Shown in pieces: positions 51,699-63,472 of a stretch of DNA of 64,000 nucleotides. Source of the DNA: a bacterium (GTDB lineage: Bacteria; UBA8248; JACPRG01; G963555815); assembly GCA_965261595.1 (NCBI GenBank), contig CBDHDG010000007.1:1216001-1280000 (forward strand). The letters are read 5' to 3'. The stretch's first letter is position 1, and each line of letters begins with the position of its first letter. The notes beneath the pieces were generated by a model. The model saw nothing but the letters and a program-made list of their open reading frames with translations. It did no database searches and was not told the DNA's origin. The position numbers were made by a program, and so were the translations under genes.

Positions 51699-53045
51699 AT
51701 GAAACCCGACCTCGTCGTCAAGAACGCGAAGATCGTCAACTCCCTGGGGACGTACGAGGGCCACGTTCTGATCCGGGACGGGAAGGTCCTGGCCGTCACG
51801 TCCGACCTCGACGGCGAGGCCGATTCGGTCATCGACGCCGGGGGACGCTACGTCCTGCCCGGCATGGTGGACGACCATGTCCACATGATGGACCCGGGCC
51901 ACACCGAGCGGGAGGACTTCACGACCGGGACGAAGGCGTCCGCGCGCGGAGGCGCGACGACCGTCATCGAGCACCACCGGACCCTCCCGCCGGTATTCAC
52001 GGCCGACTTGCTGCGCGAGAAGAGCGCATACCTCAAGGACAAGTCCGTCGTCGATTTCGCCCAGCTCGGCGGCCTGGCCCCGGACAACCTGGATCAGCTC
52101 CGGCCCATGTGGGAGGCCGGGGCGCTCGGCTTCAAGGGGTTTCTGGTCGAGCTCCACGGCGCGCCCATGCTGAGCGAGGGCGTGCTCCTCGACATCATGC
52201 GGGAGGTCGGCTCGTTCGGCGGGACGTGCCTCTACCATTGCGAGAGCGACTCCATCTGCCGCCTGGAGGAGGAGAAGATCGAGCGGGACGGGCGGACCGA
52301 CTACCGCTCGATGCTGGCCTGGAGGTCGATGGAGGCCGAGTACATGGCCTCGATGGACCTCATCAACCTGGCCGAGTTGACCGGCTGCCAATCCACCATC
52401 GCCCACGTGAGCCAGCCCCGCATCCTAGAGGCCGTTCAGGCGGCCCGGCGGCGCGGCGTCCCCGTGTACGCCGAATCCTGTCCGCATTATTTTTACCTGA
52501 CCGAGGAGGAAGGCGAGAAGCGCGGGCCGTGGGCCAAGTTCACGCCGCCGCCGCGCCCCGAAGCCGTCCGGGACGGCATGCGCGAGGCCCTGGGCAAGGG
52601 ATGGGTGGACATCATCGCCACCGACCACTGCCCGCACGTGAAGTCCGATAAGGAGAAGGGACTGGACAACATCCACAAGGCGCCCTTCGGCATCCCGGGG
52701 ATCGATACGACCTCCCGCCTGATGCTGAACGCCGTGAACGAAGGGTGGCTTACGCTGGAGCGCTTGGTGCGGCTGATGTGCGAGCAGCCGGCGAAGCTCT
52801 ACAACATCTTCCCGAAAAAGGGGACCCTCCAGCCGGGCTCGGACGCGGATCTGCTGATCGTCGATTTGGACCGGAAGGAGAAGCTCACGAACGATGGGGT
52901 CGTGAGCAAGTGCGGCTGGACGACGTTCGACGGGATGGAGACGACCGGCGCGCCCACCCTGACGATGGTCCGCGGAAATGTGGTGATGAAGGACGGCCAA
53001 GTCATGGGCGAGGCCGGAATCGGCGTGGAAGTGACGCGGGTCTGA
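51699..53045 (+). CDS. Cyclic amidohydrolase (allantoinase / dihydroorotase / hydantoinase family)
   Basis: PGMVDDHVH, FKGF, HCE, AHVS, ATDHCPH, GSDADL. Confidence 0.88.
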   Translation: MKPDLVVKNAKIVNSLGTYEGHVLIRDGKVLAVTSDLDGEADSVIDAGGRYVLPGMVDDHVHMMDPGHTEREDFTTGTKASARGGATTVIEHHRTLPPVFTADLLREKSAYLKDKSVVDFAQLGGLAPDNLDQLRPMWEAGALGFKGFLVELHGAPMLSEGVLLDIMREVGSFGGTCLYHCESDSICRLEEEKIERDGRTDYRSMLAWRSMEAEYMASMDLINLAELTGCQSTIAHVSQPRILEAVQAARRRGVPVYAESCPHYFYLTEEEGEKRGPWAKFTPPPRPEAVRDGMREALGKGWVDIIATDHCPHVKSDKEKGLDNIHKAPFGIPGIDTTSRLMLNAVNEGWLTLERLVRLMCEQPAKLYNIFPKKGTLQPGSDADLLIVDLDRKEKLTNDGVVSKCGWTTFDGMETTGAPTLTMVRGNVVMKDGQVMGEAGIGVEVTRV

Positions 53046-53049
53046 AAAC

Positions 53050-53356
53050 CCTGGGGGGCTTCTTGTAAGACGCCCCCCAGGTCCCCTTAGAACTTTCTGC
53101 GGCCGGGGCTTCGGCCCGGCCTTGTCTGGGTTGGGTGTAGGCTTGGCTGAGGTGGTTGAGTTCGGCCTTCCGACGGCTTTCATTTTGGCCGGATGCTCGT
53201 CTGCCGCTGGCAGCCGCAGCATCCGGCCAGGGCGCCAGTTTCTTGCGAAAGAGGGCGGCCCAGAGGGCCGCCCTCTTTCGCCAAATGAAAGTTTTTCAGG
53301 GGTTCCCAACCCCTGGGAGGGGTCCAGGGGGCGGTTTTTCAAAAAAGCCCCCTGGG
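53050..53356. repeat. Hairpin-rich intergenic repeat element, copy B (inverted relative to 6981-7247)
   Basis: Shared terminal blocks and hairpin positions; lies between convergent genes. Confidence 0.7.
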
Positions 53357-53366
53357 ACTTTGGGTT

Positions 53367-53942
53367 TTACTGCCTTCTCCCGTTCCAGCCGAGCTTCCAG
53401 TTTTTCAGGTCGTTGGTCGTGTTCCAGCGGCCTTGAAAGCTGCGGCCGTCTTCCGAGAGCTCGAACAGGAACTCGCCCACCTCGTCCGGAGACGACCAGG
53501 TCCCCTTCAACACGTTTCCTTCCAGTGTGCCATCGATGACATAGCTCGGGTCCAGTCGGTGCAAGCCCCGGACGCGCCGGCCCGTTTGGACAAGGCGCAT
53601 TGTGTAGACGGGTTTCTCCCCCTGCCGCCAGTTGATCCACTTCCCGCTCACGTTGAGGGTGACGGCCTTGGCCCTGGGCGGGGCGGGGGTTCGGGACTCC
53701 GGCCGGCCGGGAAATTTCCCCCGCAACGGCGATGGCGTTTTCGGGAGGAGGATGTTCAGGACGCGCCACCACTCCTGGTCGAGGAGAATCGTCTGCCGCG
53801 TTCCGTCGCGGTACTCGATGACGAGCTTTCGGGCCTCATCGGGCGCGCGTGATCCGTCCTGGGCGCCGGCGTTGAGCGTGAGCGCCATCAGGCAGAGCAT
53901 CCCGGCGGACGCCGAAGCGAGTGTTTTCAAGGCCGTGTTCAC
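53367..53942 (-). CDS. Hypothetical secreted protein with a C-terminal beta-rich domain
   Basis: GTG start, signal peptide ending in AGA; NVSGKW...LKGTWS...FQGRW. Confidence 0.6.
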   Translation of the reverse strand: MNTALKTLASASAGMLCLMALTLNAGAQDGSRAPDEARKLVIEYRDGTRQTILLDQEWWRVLNILLPKTPSPLRGKFPGRPESRTPAPPRAKAVTLNVSGKWINWRQGEKPVYTMRLVQTGRRVRGLHRLDPSYVIDGTLEGNVLKGTWSSPDEVGEFLFELSEDGRSFQGRWNTTNDLKNWKLGWNGRRQ

Positions 53943-53952
53943 GGGAAATTCA

Positions 53953-54792
53953 TCACTGGACGGTGTATCCCCACCACTGGAGGGCGAAGGCGGCGGCGCT
54001 GATGAAGGCGGCGTAGATCCCGGGCCCCCGTCTTCCCATGCCGGCCGCGATGATGCCGGCCGCGACACCGGCTGGGCCGAACCAGGGGAAATAGTGGTCC
54101 GAAGCGAAGCACAACAGTCCCAGGCCGAGCGCGGTCTTGACGACGATCGCGGACCCGCGGGACTTCTCGTCTTTCGCTCTGGTGATGGGCTCGACAAAGA
54201 TCCAGAGCGAGAGCGCGAGGGCGATGGACCCTTTGATCGTCCCTGTGCCGGGCAGAAAGATCGGCCACCCCGTCAGACCGGTGGCAAGGATGGCTATCGC
54301 CACGGCCACCGCCGCAACGCCCAGCCAGACGACCTGTTTTTTCAGGCGCTCAGGATCGCCGGACAGCGAGCGGAAGGGGCCTGTTTTGATCACGTCATCC
54401 CGCGGCTTTTCGGGCGGGCCCCGCCGATCGGGTTCGGCGGATTCCGGACCCGGGTCAGCGCCGCCTTCCACCGATCCCGCTGAAGCGGGGGGGGGGGATT
54501 CTTCCATTCCCGGGGCAATCACCGGGGTTCTGAGCGCCCGCCATCTGCCGATGGCGAGCCAGAGGCCGTACAGGTCGACGAACGTCAGAACCGCGATGAA
54601 GGCGGAGAACGACAGGTTGAACGCGAGGGGCCGGTCCGTCGCCCGAAGGCTGAAGTAGCCCACCAACACCATCCACAGAAGCCAGCCGACAATGGTGAGA
54701 TAGAGTTGAAGGGCTTGCGCCATCGTCATCCCGGGACGCTTTTGGATGGGCGGTCTCATTTTGGACAGGGCGCCGAGGTCTTTGGAGTTCAT
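53953..54792 (-). CDS. Hypothetical membrane protein
   Basis: Several hydrophobic segments; ATGA overlap with the rhodanese gene. Confidence 0.65.
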   Translation of the reverse strand: MNSKDLGALSKMRPPIQKRPGMTMAQALQLYLTIVGWLLWMVLVGYFSLRATDRPLAFNLSFSAFIAVLTFVDLYGLWLAIGRWRALRTPVIAPGMEESPPPASAGSVEGGADPGPESAEPDRRGPPEKPRDDVIKTGPFRSLSGDPERLKKQVVWLGVAAVAVAIAILATGLTGWPIFLPGTGTIKGSIALALSLWIFVEPITRAKDEKSRGSAIVVKTALGLGLLCFASDHYFPWFGPAGVAAGIIAAGMGRRGPGIYAAFISAAAFALQWWGYTVQ

Positions 54793-55130
54793 GCGTTCCC
54801 AAATTTTTCAGGAGGCGTGGGGGGGGGGGGAGGGGGGGGCCAAGCCGTCAGGCCGCCCGCCAGGCTGCGCACGTTTTCAAAATCCCGCCCGCGGAGAAAT
54901 TCGGCCACTGAGGCGCTCCGCTGTCCCCGGGCGCAGCAGACGACAATCTCCGCCTCCGGGTCGAGCTCGTGCGTGCGTCCGGGGAGGTCCCCCATGGGGA
55001 TGTGCACGGCGCCCGGCGGGCCGGGCGAGCGGACCGATTCCTCGGTTTCGCGGACGTCCAGCAGAAGGATTTCCTCGCCGGCGTCGAGCTTCGCCCGCAG
55101 GTCCTCCGCGCTGATCTCGACCGGCGCCAT
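54789..55130 (-). CDS. Rhodanese-like protein
   Basis: LLDVRE, VCCARGQRS, SLAGGLTAW. Confidence 0.85.
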   Translation of the reverse strand: MAPVEISAEDLRAKLDAGEEILLLDVRETEESVRSPGPPGAVHIPMGDLPGRTHELDPEAEIVVCCARGQRSASVAEFLRGRDFENVRSLAGGLTAWPPPPPPPTPPEKFGNA

Positions 55131-55133
55131 TTG

Positions 55134-56036
55134 TCAATCCGCCTTCAATTGGGGCCAGAGGGCCTTTGCCACGCAATCGATGGGACGGACCGACCGGGCC
55201 TTCGGCAGGTCGCCCGACATTCCGTCCAGGATGACTTGGACGCCCTCCAGGGAGGGGACCGGCGGGTCCGGGATGTGCTCCGCCCAGAAGGCGTACGTGG
55301 CCTCCAGGTTCTCTTCGCCGCCCATGCTGGGCAGGTTCTCGCGCAGGACGCGCCGGGCCAGGTCCGGGTCGGATTTGAACCGCCGGACACCCACGGTGTA
55401 CGCGCGGAGGAATCGGCCGGCCAGCTCCGTTTTCTCCGCCGCGAACGATTTCAGCGCAAAGCCGACGCCGCCCTGATAGGTCATGCCCCGGCCGTCCCAG
55501 ATGAGGTGATGGCCCGCTTTGACGGCCCGGTCGCTGAAAGGCAGCGGCAGGATGGCCGCCTCCACCTCGCCCGCGAGGAGGCCCTCGCAGGCGGCCTGGA
55601 AGCCGTCCCAGTAGGGGACCCGCTCGGGGTCTCCGGCTTCACCTGTCAGGCCCCACTCGGCGAAGAGGAGGTCGAGGGTGAAGTCCGCGTTCCCCTTGAG
55701 GCTGAACCCGCCGATCCTGCGGCCCTTGAGGTCCCGGGGAGACTCGATGCCCGGTTGGGCGACGATGCTCAGGTGGTTGAAGCCGTTCAGGTTGAGGACG
55801 ATCTCGGCGTCCTTGCCCTCGACGGCGGCCCGGACGACGGGGTATCCGCCGAACAATCCCACGTCCACCTCGCCGTCCACGACGACCGCCAGTGTGCGCA
55901 CGGCGGGCGGCTCGAACGTGATCACCGTGTCGAGGCCCTCTTCCCGGAAGAGCCCGGCTTCCCGGCAGAGCCAGGGGATGCACTGGTTCGCCGAAAGCGC
56001 GCCCAGACCGATTCGGATCGTTTCAAGGTTTGCCAT
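55134..56036 (-). CDS. NMT1/SsuA-like substrate-binding protein
   Basis: AGLFREEGLD, DLKGRRIG, LLAGEVEAA; no evident signal peptide. Confidence 0.78.
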   Translation of the reverse strand: MANLETIRIGLGALSANQCIPWLCREAGLFREEGLDTVITFEPPAVRTLAVVVDGEVDVGLFGGYPVVRAAVEGKDAEIVLNLNGFNHLSIVAQPGIESPRDLKGRRIGGFSLKGNADFTLDLLFAEWGLTGEAGDPERVPYWDGFQAACEGLLAGEVEAAILPLPFSDRAVKAGHHLIWDGRGMTYQGGVGFALKSFAAEKTELAGRFLRAYTVGVRRFKSDPDLARRVLRENLPSMGGEENLEATYAFWAEHIPDPPVPSLEGVQVILDGMSGDLPKARSVRPIDCVAKALWPQLKAD

Positions 56037-56278
56037 CCGTCGTTCCCGGAGACCGCCGAAATCCCTTTGCCCGCGAATGTGTAAGCGTATCAGGAGAAGG
56101 TTTCAAAGCAAAGACGGTTATGGATGAGGGAGGGCGCGACAATTCCCTAAGGACGCTCTAGGGGACAGGCTTCAGGTGGCCGATTGGAAGCTAGGGGATC
56201 TGTCCGCCGTCTTCTCTGTGGGGGCCGTCGATTACAAGCTCTGTAGTCAATGGATACGCTGCTAAAATTCAGTCTGCC

Positions 56279-58697
56279 TAGTGTCGCGTCCCGGAAATAC
56301 ATTTACAAAGTCGTCCGAGTTTCTCGAAGATCGAATCGGCCGTGGCGACCCACCTAAACGGAGTTCCCCCGCTCTAGGGTTTTGTTGGACACTCGATTGA
56401 TCCATGATTCATGGAGAAAGGGGTGTCGTGATGAACGAACAAAAGCAAGAGGGGGCTTTGGCGGAGGGCGCCCGTAGGGCGAACGGAGCCAAGGCCCCAG
56501 GGCATCGCAGTGAGCGGGGTCGGTTCTCCTGCCAGCGCAAGCGGGAGGCGGTCCTGCGTCTTTTGCGGGGCGAGAGCCTGGAGACGCTCTGCCGCGAGTT
56601 GGGCACGACAGCGGCTCGGCTTTCCGCCTGGCGCGAGGCGTTCCTTCGCGGGGGCGAGGCGGCGCTCAAAGCCCGCCCGGCGGATGAGCGGGACGAGGAG
56701 AACGCCCGGCTCAAGGCCAAGGTGGGCGAACTCACGATGGAGGGCGAGGTCCTGCGGGAGAAGATCGACCGCCTGGAGGCCGGCCGCCCTTTAGCCGGCA
56801 GGAGGTGGAGGCGATGAGTCAGGCCCGCTTCACCTCCACGGGCAGAGCCTACGGCCTGAAGCGGGTGTGCGCCCTTTGGGGCTTGGCGCGCTCCACGGTC
56901 TACGCGCAACGGCGGCGAGAGGCGGTCCCCGTTCATGAACGCCCCACGCCCAATAAGCGCGGCCCTGTGGGCCCGTGCACCGATGCGGAACTCCTCGGCC
57001 ACATCCGGCAGGTCCTGGAGGACTCTCCCTTCCATGGCGAGGGCTACCGCAAGGTGTGGGCGAGGCTGCGCTTCGCGGGCATCCGCACCAGCAAGGAGCG
57101 GGTGCGTCGCCTGATGCGGGAGGCGGGGCTTCAGGCCCCTCACCGGGTGGGCAAACCCCGAGGTCCCAAGGCCCACAACGGGACCATCCGCACCGAGCGG
57201 CCCGACCGAATGTGGGGCACGGACATGACGACGACGGTGACCACCGAGGAGGGGATGGCCTCGGTGTTCGTGGCGGTGGATCACTGCTCGGTGGACTGCG
57301 TGGGGATCCATGCGGCCAAGAGCGGCAACCGCTTCGAGGCCCTGGAGCCGATCCGGCAGGGGGTCGCCGAGCGCTTCGCCGGCTTGGAGGCGGACGTCGC
57401 CGAGGGGCTTAAAGTTCGTCACGACCACGGCCCCGCCTATCTGTCCGATGACTTTCAGCGGGAGATCGCCTACCTGGGCATGACCAGTTCGCCCAGCTTC
57501 GTGCGGGCGCCCGAGGGAAATGGCTACTGTGAGTGGTTCATCCGCATCTTGAAGGAGAATCTCCTGTGGGTGCGCTCTTTCGCCACCGTAGAGGAACTGC
57601 GGTGGGCGCTGCTTGAGTTCAAGAACCTGTACAACCATCATTGGATTCTCGAGGGCTACGGCTACCGAACGCCGGCCCAGGCAAGGCAGGAAAAACTCGC
57701 TCAAGTTGCGGAGGCCGCATGAGGTCGAATACCCTCACCCGAGTGTCCAATAACCCAGGGGCGGTCCAGAGTGGCTTTCGCATTGTACTGTTGGACAAAC
57801 GCTTCAATGTTGTCAACCAAGTCCTTCACACTCCGAAACGTCCCGCGGCGGATGACCCGTTGGGTGATGAGGTCAAACCAAATCTCCACCTGATTCAGCC
57901 ACGAGGCGTAGGTGGGCGTGTAGTGCACATGATAGCGCGGGCGCGCCGCCAGCCACGCTCGCACCTTGGCGTGCTTGTGCGTGGCGTAGTTGTCCACAAT
58001 GAGGTGGAGCGCTAAATCCGCAGGGACGTTGGCGTCGATGTGGCGCAGGAACGCAAGGAATTCCTGGTGACGATGACGGCGTTTGCATTGCCCGAGCACC
58101 TCTCCGGTGGCGATGTCCAGCGCCACGAACAGCGTCGTGATGCCGTTGCGAACATAGTCGTGCGTCACGCCCTCGACATAGCCCAGACCCAGGGGCAAAA
58201 GGGGCTGGGTGCGGTCCAGGGCCTGGATCTGGCTTTTTTCGTCCACGCACAAGACCAGCGCCTTGTCGGGCGGATTGAGGTAGAGCCTCACGATGTCGCG
58301 GACCTTCTCGACAAAGAAGGGGTCGGTGGAGAGCTTGAAATGCTTTTGGCGATGGGGCTGAAGGGCGAAGGCCCGCCAGATGCGATTGACCGTGGATTTG
58401 GAAAGGCCAGTCGCCTCGGCCAGGGTGCGGCAGCTCCAATGGGTGCCGTCGGGCGGCTTGGTCTTCAGGGTCTTTCGGTCCGCCTCGGCGACCCGTTCAT
58501 CGGAGATCGAGCGCGGGCGGCCAGGAGCACAATCCGCGCCCGCCTCACCAGGCCGTGAGGGAAGGGGCGGGAGGCGCCCAGGGCCTGAAGTTGTTCGCGC
58601 TGTCCGTCCGTCAGGTCCACCGGGGGCATGGGTCGTCCGAGTCGCATGGGCATCCTCCTTTCGAGGGGAAGATACCAGATTGGGCCGTATACTTAAA
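56279..58697 (-). mobile_element. IS630-family element, internally deleted and interrupted by IS3 copy C
   Basis: CVDEK, IVDNY, SWLNQVEIWF; C-terminus PFRWVATADSI...ISGTRH* lies at 56278-56364, ending at tagtgtcgcgtcccgg; left end uncertain. Confidence 0.85.
56365..57768 (+). mobile_element. IS3-family element, copy C
   Basis: 1404 bp; 4-bp TSD GAGT. Confidence 0.95.
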
Positions 58698-58705
58698 TAA
58701 CTTAT

Positions 58706-59605
58706 GGGAATTATAAAGGTTTTGACACTAATTGAGTGAGATGTTGGACCACCAGGGGAAAGAGATCCTGGTGTCGGTGATTGTAACGGAATTCCATCTC
58801 CTTCAGGTAGAGGGGGAACCGCTCTTTGGACACCCCATGATGTTTGATGAGCCTCTCCTTGGCGTAGGCCCAAAAGCCTTCCAGGCCGTTGATGTGCACT
58901 TTGCCCCGACTGAAGCGCCGATCATGATCCACCCGCAAGTGGCGATAGCCGCAGAACATCAGGGCGTCATAGACCCGGTAGCGGTCGGTGTAGACCACGC
59001 TGCCCCGACGGACCAACTTCACGGTGGAGGCCAAAAGGGTCTGGGCCTTGACGTTGCCGACCGCCTCCACCTTCACCCGGCCGCCCCGCTCCAATATGCC
59101 GAAAACAGGGACTTTACCCGCTGCGCCTCGGCCTCTCTTGCCCTTGCGCTTGCCCCCGAAGTAGGCCTCGTCCGCCTCCACCTCCCCTCGAAGAAGCTCC
59201 TGTCCCCCCGGCGTGCCGGCCACAAGACTGCGCCTGAGCGTCGTCACGGCCCGCAGCGCTGTCGGATAGCTCACGGCGAGTTGCTGGGCCATCTTGCGGG
59301 CCGAGACCTCCAGCTCAAAGAGCTTCACCACCCAAAGCCACTGCCGGGCCGAGAGGCGAAGTTGGCCCAGCCAGCGGCCCGTGAACGGCCCGAAGGTGTA
59401 CCGACACCCAGCGCAGCGAAAGCGCCCCCGCGTGCCCAAAACGTAGCGTTTTCGACCCTCACAACGAGGGCAGATTTTACGCCCGTTTTTCTGACACGCC
59501 ATGAGCAGATGGCGTCTCGCTGTAGCTTCCGATTTTACAAGGACTTCAAAGCTCTTCAGGTCCACGACACCAGCCTAATCCGGTGTCATATCTTTTACAA
59601 TCGCC
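58706..59605 (-). mobile_element. Second IS1595-family element (900 bp; transposase 58711-59565)
   Basis: CPRC...CAGC, EADEAY, YTD, HINGLEGFW; TIRs gggaattataaagg / ggcgattgtaaaag; 8-bp TSD TAACTTAT. Confidence 0.92.
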
Positions 59606-59617
59606 TAACTTATTTAA

Positions 59618-62600
59618 CCCGCATTTCCCATATGGATGATAATTTTTAACGCCCCGAAGGCCGTTTTCTCGTGTAAAATCAAGGTGTTGGCCTCTCCCTG
59701 CCATCATCTTGCGAGGGGACCCAATGGGTGAAGCGAAAAAGAGGCCGTTGAGGCTCCAATTCGACGGTCGGCTCAGGCTGGAGTTTCACGGAGCAAAGGT
59801 TACGAGTGACGCCGGTTTGCTTGCCTATCGTGAACTGGATGAGGTGTTGGGGCTGACGAAGGCGGCCGAGGGGTTTCTGTCCGATTCACGGACGGGCGGG
59901 AACACCCGGCACAGCCTCACCGCTTTGGTGCGCCAGTCGGTCTACAGCCGCCTGGCAGGATATAAAGACACCAATGATGCCGAGCGGCTCTGTGTCGATC
60001 CCGCCATGCGTCAGGTGGTTGGGGGGCGAGCGAAGTATCACACCGCTGCCTCCACCAGCCAGATGAGCCGATTCGAGACGCAGACCCTCACCCGGCCCCT
60101 TAACCCCTCAAGGCGCTGAGCGGTCTGCCCGGTGTGTTGGTGGATCGTGTCCGCAAACGCAAGCCGATTCGCAAGCTGATCCTGGACATGGACAGTTCGG
60201 TCAGCCCGACCCACGGTGAGCAGGAAAGCTCTTCTGGACCGCCCCTGGGTTATTGGACACTCGGGTGAGGGTATTCGACCTCATGCGGCCTCCGCAACTT
60301 GAGCGAGTTTTTCCTGCCTTGCCTGGGCCGGCGTTCGGTAGCCGTAGCCCTCGAGAATCCAATGATGGTTGTACAGGTTCTTGAACTCAAGCAGCGCCCA
60401 CCGCAGTTCCTCTACGGTGGCGAAAGAGCGCACCCACAGGAGATTCTCCTTCAAGGTGCGGATGAACCACTCACAGTAGCCATTTCCCTCGGGCGCCCGC
60501 ACGAAGCTGGGCGAACTGGTCATGCCCCCAGGTAGGCGATCTCCCGCTGAAAGTCATCGGACAGATAGGCGGGGCCGTGGTCGTGACGAACTTTAAGCCC
60601 CTCGGCGACGTCCGCCTCCAAGCCGGCGAAGCGCTCGGCGACCCCCTGCCGGATCGGCTCCAGGGCCTCGAAGCGGTTGCCGCTCTTGGCCGCATGGATC
60701 CCCACGCAGTCCACCGAGCAGTGATCCACCGCCACGAACACCGAGGCCATCCCCTCCTCGGTGGTCACCGTCGCCGTCATGTCCGTACCCCACATTCGGT
60801 CGGGCCGCTCGGTGCGGATGGTCCCGTTGTGGGCCTTGGGACCTCGGGGTTTGCCCACCCGGTGGGGGGCCTGAAGCCCCGCCTCCCGCATCAGGCGACG
60901 CATCCGCTCCTTGCTGGTGCGGCTGCCCGCGAAGCGCAGCCTCGCCCACACCTTGCGGTAGCCCTCGCCATGGAAGGGAGAGTCCTCCAGGACCTGCCGG
61001 ATGTGGCCGAGGAGTTCCGCATCGGTGCACGGGCCCACAGGGCCGCGCTTATTGGGCGTGGGGCGTTCATGAACGGGGACCGCCTCTCGCCGCCGTTGCG
61101 CGTAGACCGTGGAGCGCGCCAAGCCCCAAAGGGCGCACACCCGCTTCAGGCCGTAGGCTCTGCCCGTGGAGGTGAAGCGGGCCTGACTCATCGCCTCCAC
61201 CTCCTGCCGGCTAAAGGGCGGCCGGCCTCCAGGCGGTCGATCTTCTCCCGCAGGACCTCGCCCTCCATCGTGAGTTCGCCCACCTTGGCCTTGAGCCGGG
61301 CGTTCTCCTCGTCCCGCTCATCCGCCGGGCGGGCTTTGAGCGCCGCCTCGCCCCCGCGAAGGAACGCCTCGCGCCAGGCGGAAAGCCGAGCCGCTGTCGT
61401 GCCCAACTCGCGGCAGAGCGTCTCCAGGCTCTCGCCCCGCAAAAGACGCAGGACCGCCTCCCGCTTGCGCTGGCAGGAGAACCGACCCCGCTCACTGCGA
61501 TGCCCTGGGGCCTTGGCTCCGTTCGCCCTGCGGGCGCCCTCCGCCAAAGCCCCCTCTTGCTTTTGTTCGTTCATCGCGACACCCCTTTCTCCATGAATCA
61601 TGGATCAATCGAGTGTCCAACAAAACCCTAGAGCGGGGGACTTCCTACAACGGCCACTTCGGCTGCACCTGCTATCACCCACTGTTTTGCTTCAACCAGT
61701 TTGGCGATCTGGAGCGGGCGCTGTTGCGCAACGGCAAGGTCCACAGCGCTGATGACTGGTGGTCTGTATTGGAGCCGGTGGTAGCTCGCTACCGGGATGC
61801 GAAGGTCTGTCGGTTTTTTCGAGGCGACGCGGCATTTGCCAAGCCGGAGGTGTACCGATACCTTGAGGCGGAGGGCTACTCCTATGCGATTCGGCTTCCG
61901 GCCAACGCCATCTTGTACAGGGACATCGAATGCCTTCTGACCCGGCCGGTTGGCCGACCGCCCAAAAGGCCCATTATCTTCTACCACAGCGTCTCCTATC
62001 AGGCGGCTAGTTGGGAGAAGCCTCGCCGGGTGGTGGTGGCGGTCGAGTGGCACCAGGGCGAGTTGTTTCCAAGAGTCAGCTTCATCGTGACCAACCTGCA
62101 CTGGCGGGAAGAGAACGTCGTGAGGTTCTACAACCAGCGTGGGACGGCGGAGCAGTGGATCAAGGAGGGCAAGTACGCCCTGAACTGGACGCGCCTGTCC
62201 TGCCACGGCTTTGAAGAGAACCAGGTCCGCTTGCAACTATTTGCCTTGGCGTACAACCTGGCAAACTTCCTGCGGCGGCTGGCGTTGCCCAGAGCGGTGA
62301 AGCACTGGTCGCTGACGACGTTACGCGAGAAGCTGATTAAGATTGGGGCCAAGGTGGTCACCCACGCCCGGCACACCACCTTCCAGATGGCCGAGGTGGC
62401 CGTGCCGCGTCAACTGTTCAGGGCAATCCTTGAACGAATTCGACGGTTGTGGTTACCGCCTCCCGTACCAGATACCGGATGACGGAGCAGATGGCCCGGA
62501 AGCTTAGTGACGTGGTGGAGACGGGGGATCAGTCTGTGCCGAACTCCCCTGAGTGTGCCGGTAGAGCTGGGTTTTCAAGGGATTGCGGCTTTAGGACGGC

Positions 62601-62722
62601 CGTTGCCCCTCGATTGAGCAGAGGGTTCTGCAAAGAGACCCTGAATCTGTAGTAAAATGGGGTACTTTGATGACACAGGAGGACCGCAGGATGGCTAAGA
62701 GTGGTCATCTGGGAAATCCCGG
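59618..62722 (+). mobile_element. IS1380-family element (distinct variant), frameshifted and interrupted by IS3 copy D
   Basis: cccgcatttcccatat...gggaaatcccgg; 5-bp TSD TTTAA; transposase pieces 59723-60234 and 61641-62482. Confidence 0.9.
60235..61640 (-). mobile_element. IS3-family element, copy D (orfB frameshifted by 2 extra C near 60525)
   Basis: 1406 bp; 4-bp TSD CTTC. Confidence 0.95.
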
Positions 62723-62727
62723 TTTAA

Positions 62728-63331
62728 ATCAAGACAACTCTTGTATTGACCACCCGTTGCTCTTTAACTCAATTAGAGCCCTCTTTACCGGGGCTGTCAA
62801 CACCATTTCGGGCGCCTGAAACCCTGATCGGAGCGGTATCCGCCATTGGAAAACCATGTCAGCGCCGGCGTGTAAACGGGCTTGACCACCAGGTTTGGAG
62901 TCTTCGTCATTTTGCCCTTGTGTGGACTCCGCTTAGGGTCGCTAGACAGGCACCGGGCATCATCGCTTGATTCTCTCCAAGATAAGGGCAAATGTCTTCC
63001 TGGATACACCGACCTCGGCCAACTGGAAGGTGATGTGGCGGGCGTACCGCACGAGCCGGCCGCCCATTTTGAGGAGCTTAAGCTGAAGGCCGCGTAACGA
63101 CCAGTGCTTGATCCCTCTCGGCAGGCCAGCAATCCCGCATCCGAAGTCATTCTGGTTCCGTGAAACTCAAGCCTCAGCCGACGCTCAAAACGGACCTTCA
63201 ACGCCCACTTTTTCGCTTCACCCATTGGATTACCCCGCGAGAGGATGGCTCGGGGAGGCTCATGCATTGATTTTACTCCAGAAAATGTCCTCCGGTCCGA
63301 CAAAAGTTATGATCCATATGGGATATCTGGG
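62728..63331 (-). mobile_element. Internally deleted IS1380 derivative
   Basis: Left end cccagatatcccatatggatc; ...[11 protein letters not shown] is joined directly to the C-terminal KHWSLR block; 3' UTR resembles 34790-34930. Confidence 0.8.
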
Positions 63332-63472
63332 TTTAAAGGACGATACACTAGTTGCAATTGTCATATTTGCATCTGTCAGGGCAGTGAATTTTGCACAATC
63401 CTCCTGGACTAAGATTCTGGGTTTAAGGAAAAGGTTTCACTCTGTTGAATTTCGGCTAAACGCAGTTGAGCA

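Noticed and set aside
58706..59605. This IS1595, or the one at 7270-9718, as the mobiliser of the cargo cassettes
   Set aside because: Its ends begin GG and lack the paired palindromic boxes; the 7270-9718 ends also differ; only the 8-bp TSD length is shared
14140..60120. Conserved programmed frameshift in IS1380 transposases (breaks at a similar position in two variants)
   Set aside because: The required shifts are in opposite directions (+1 versus -1) and there is no shared slippery motif
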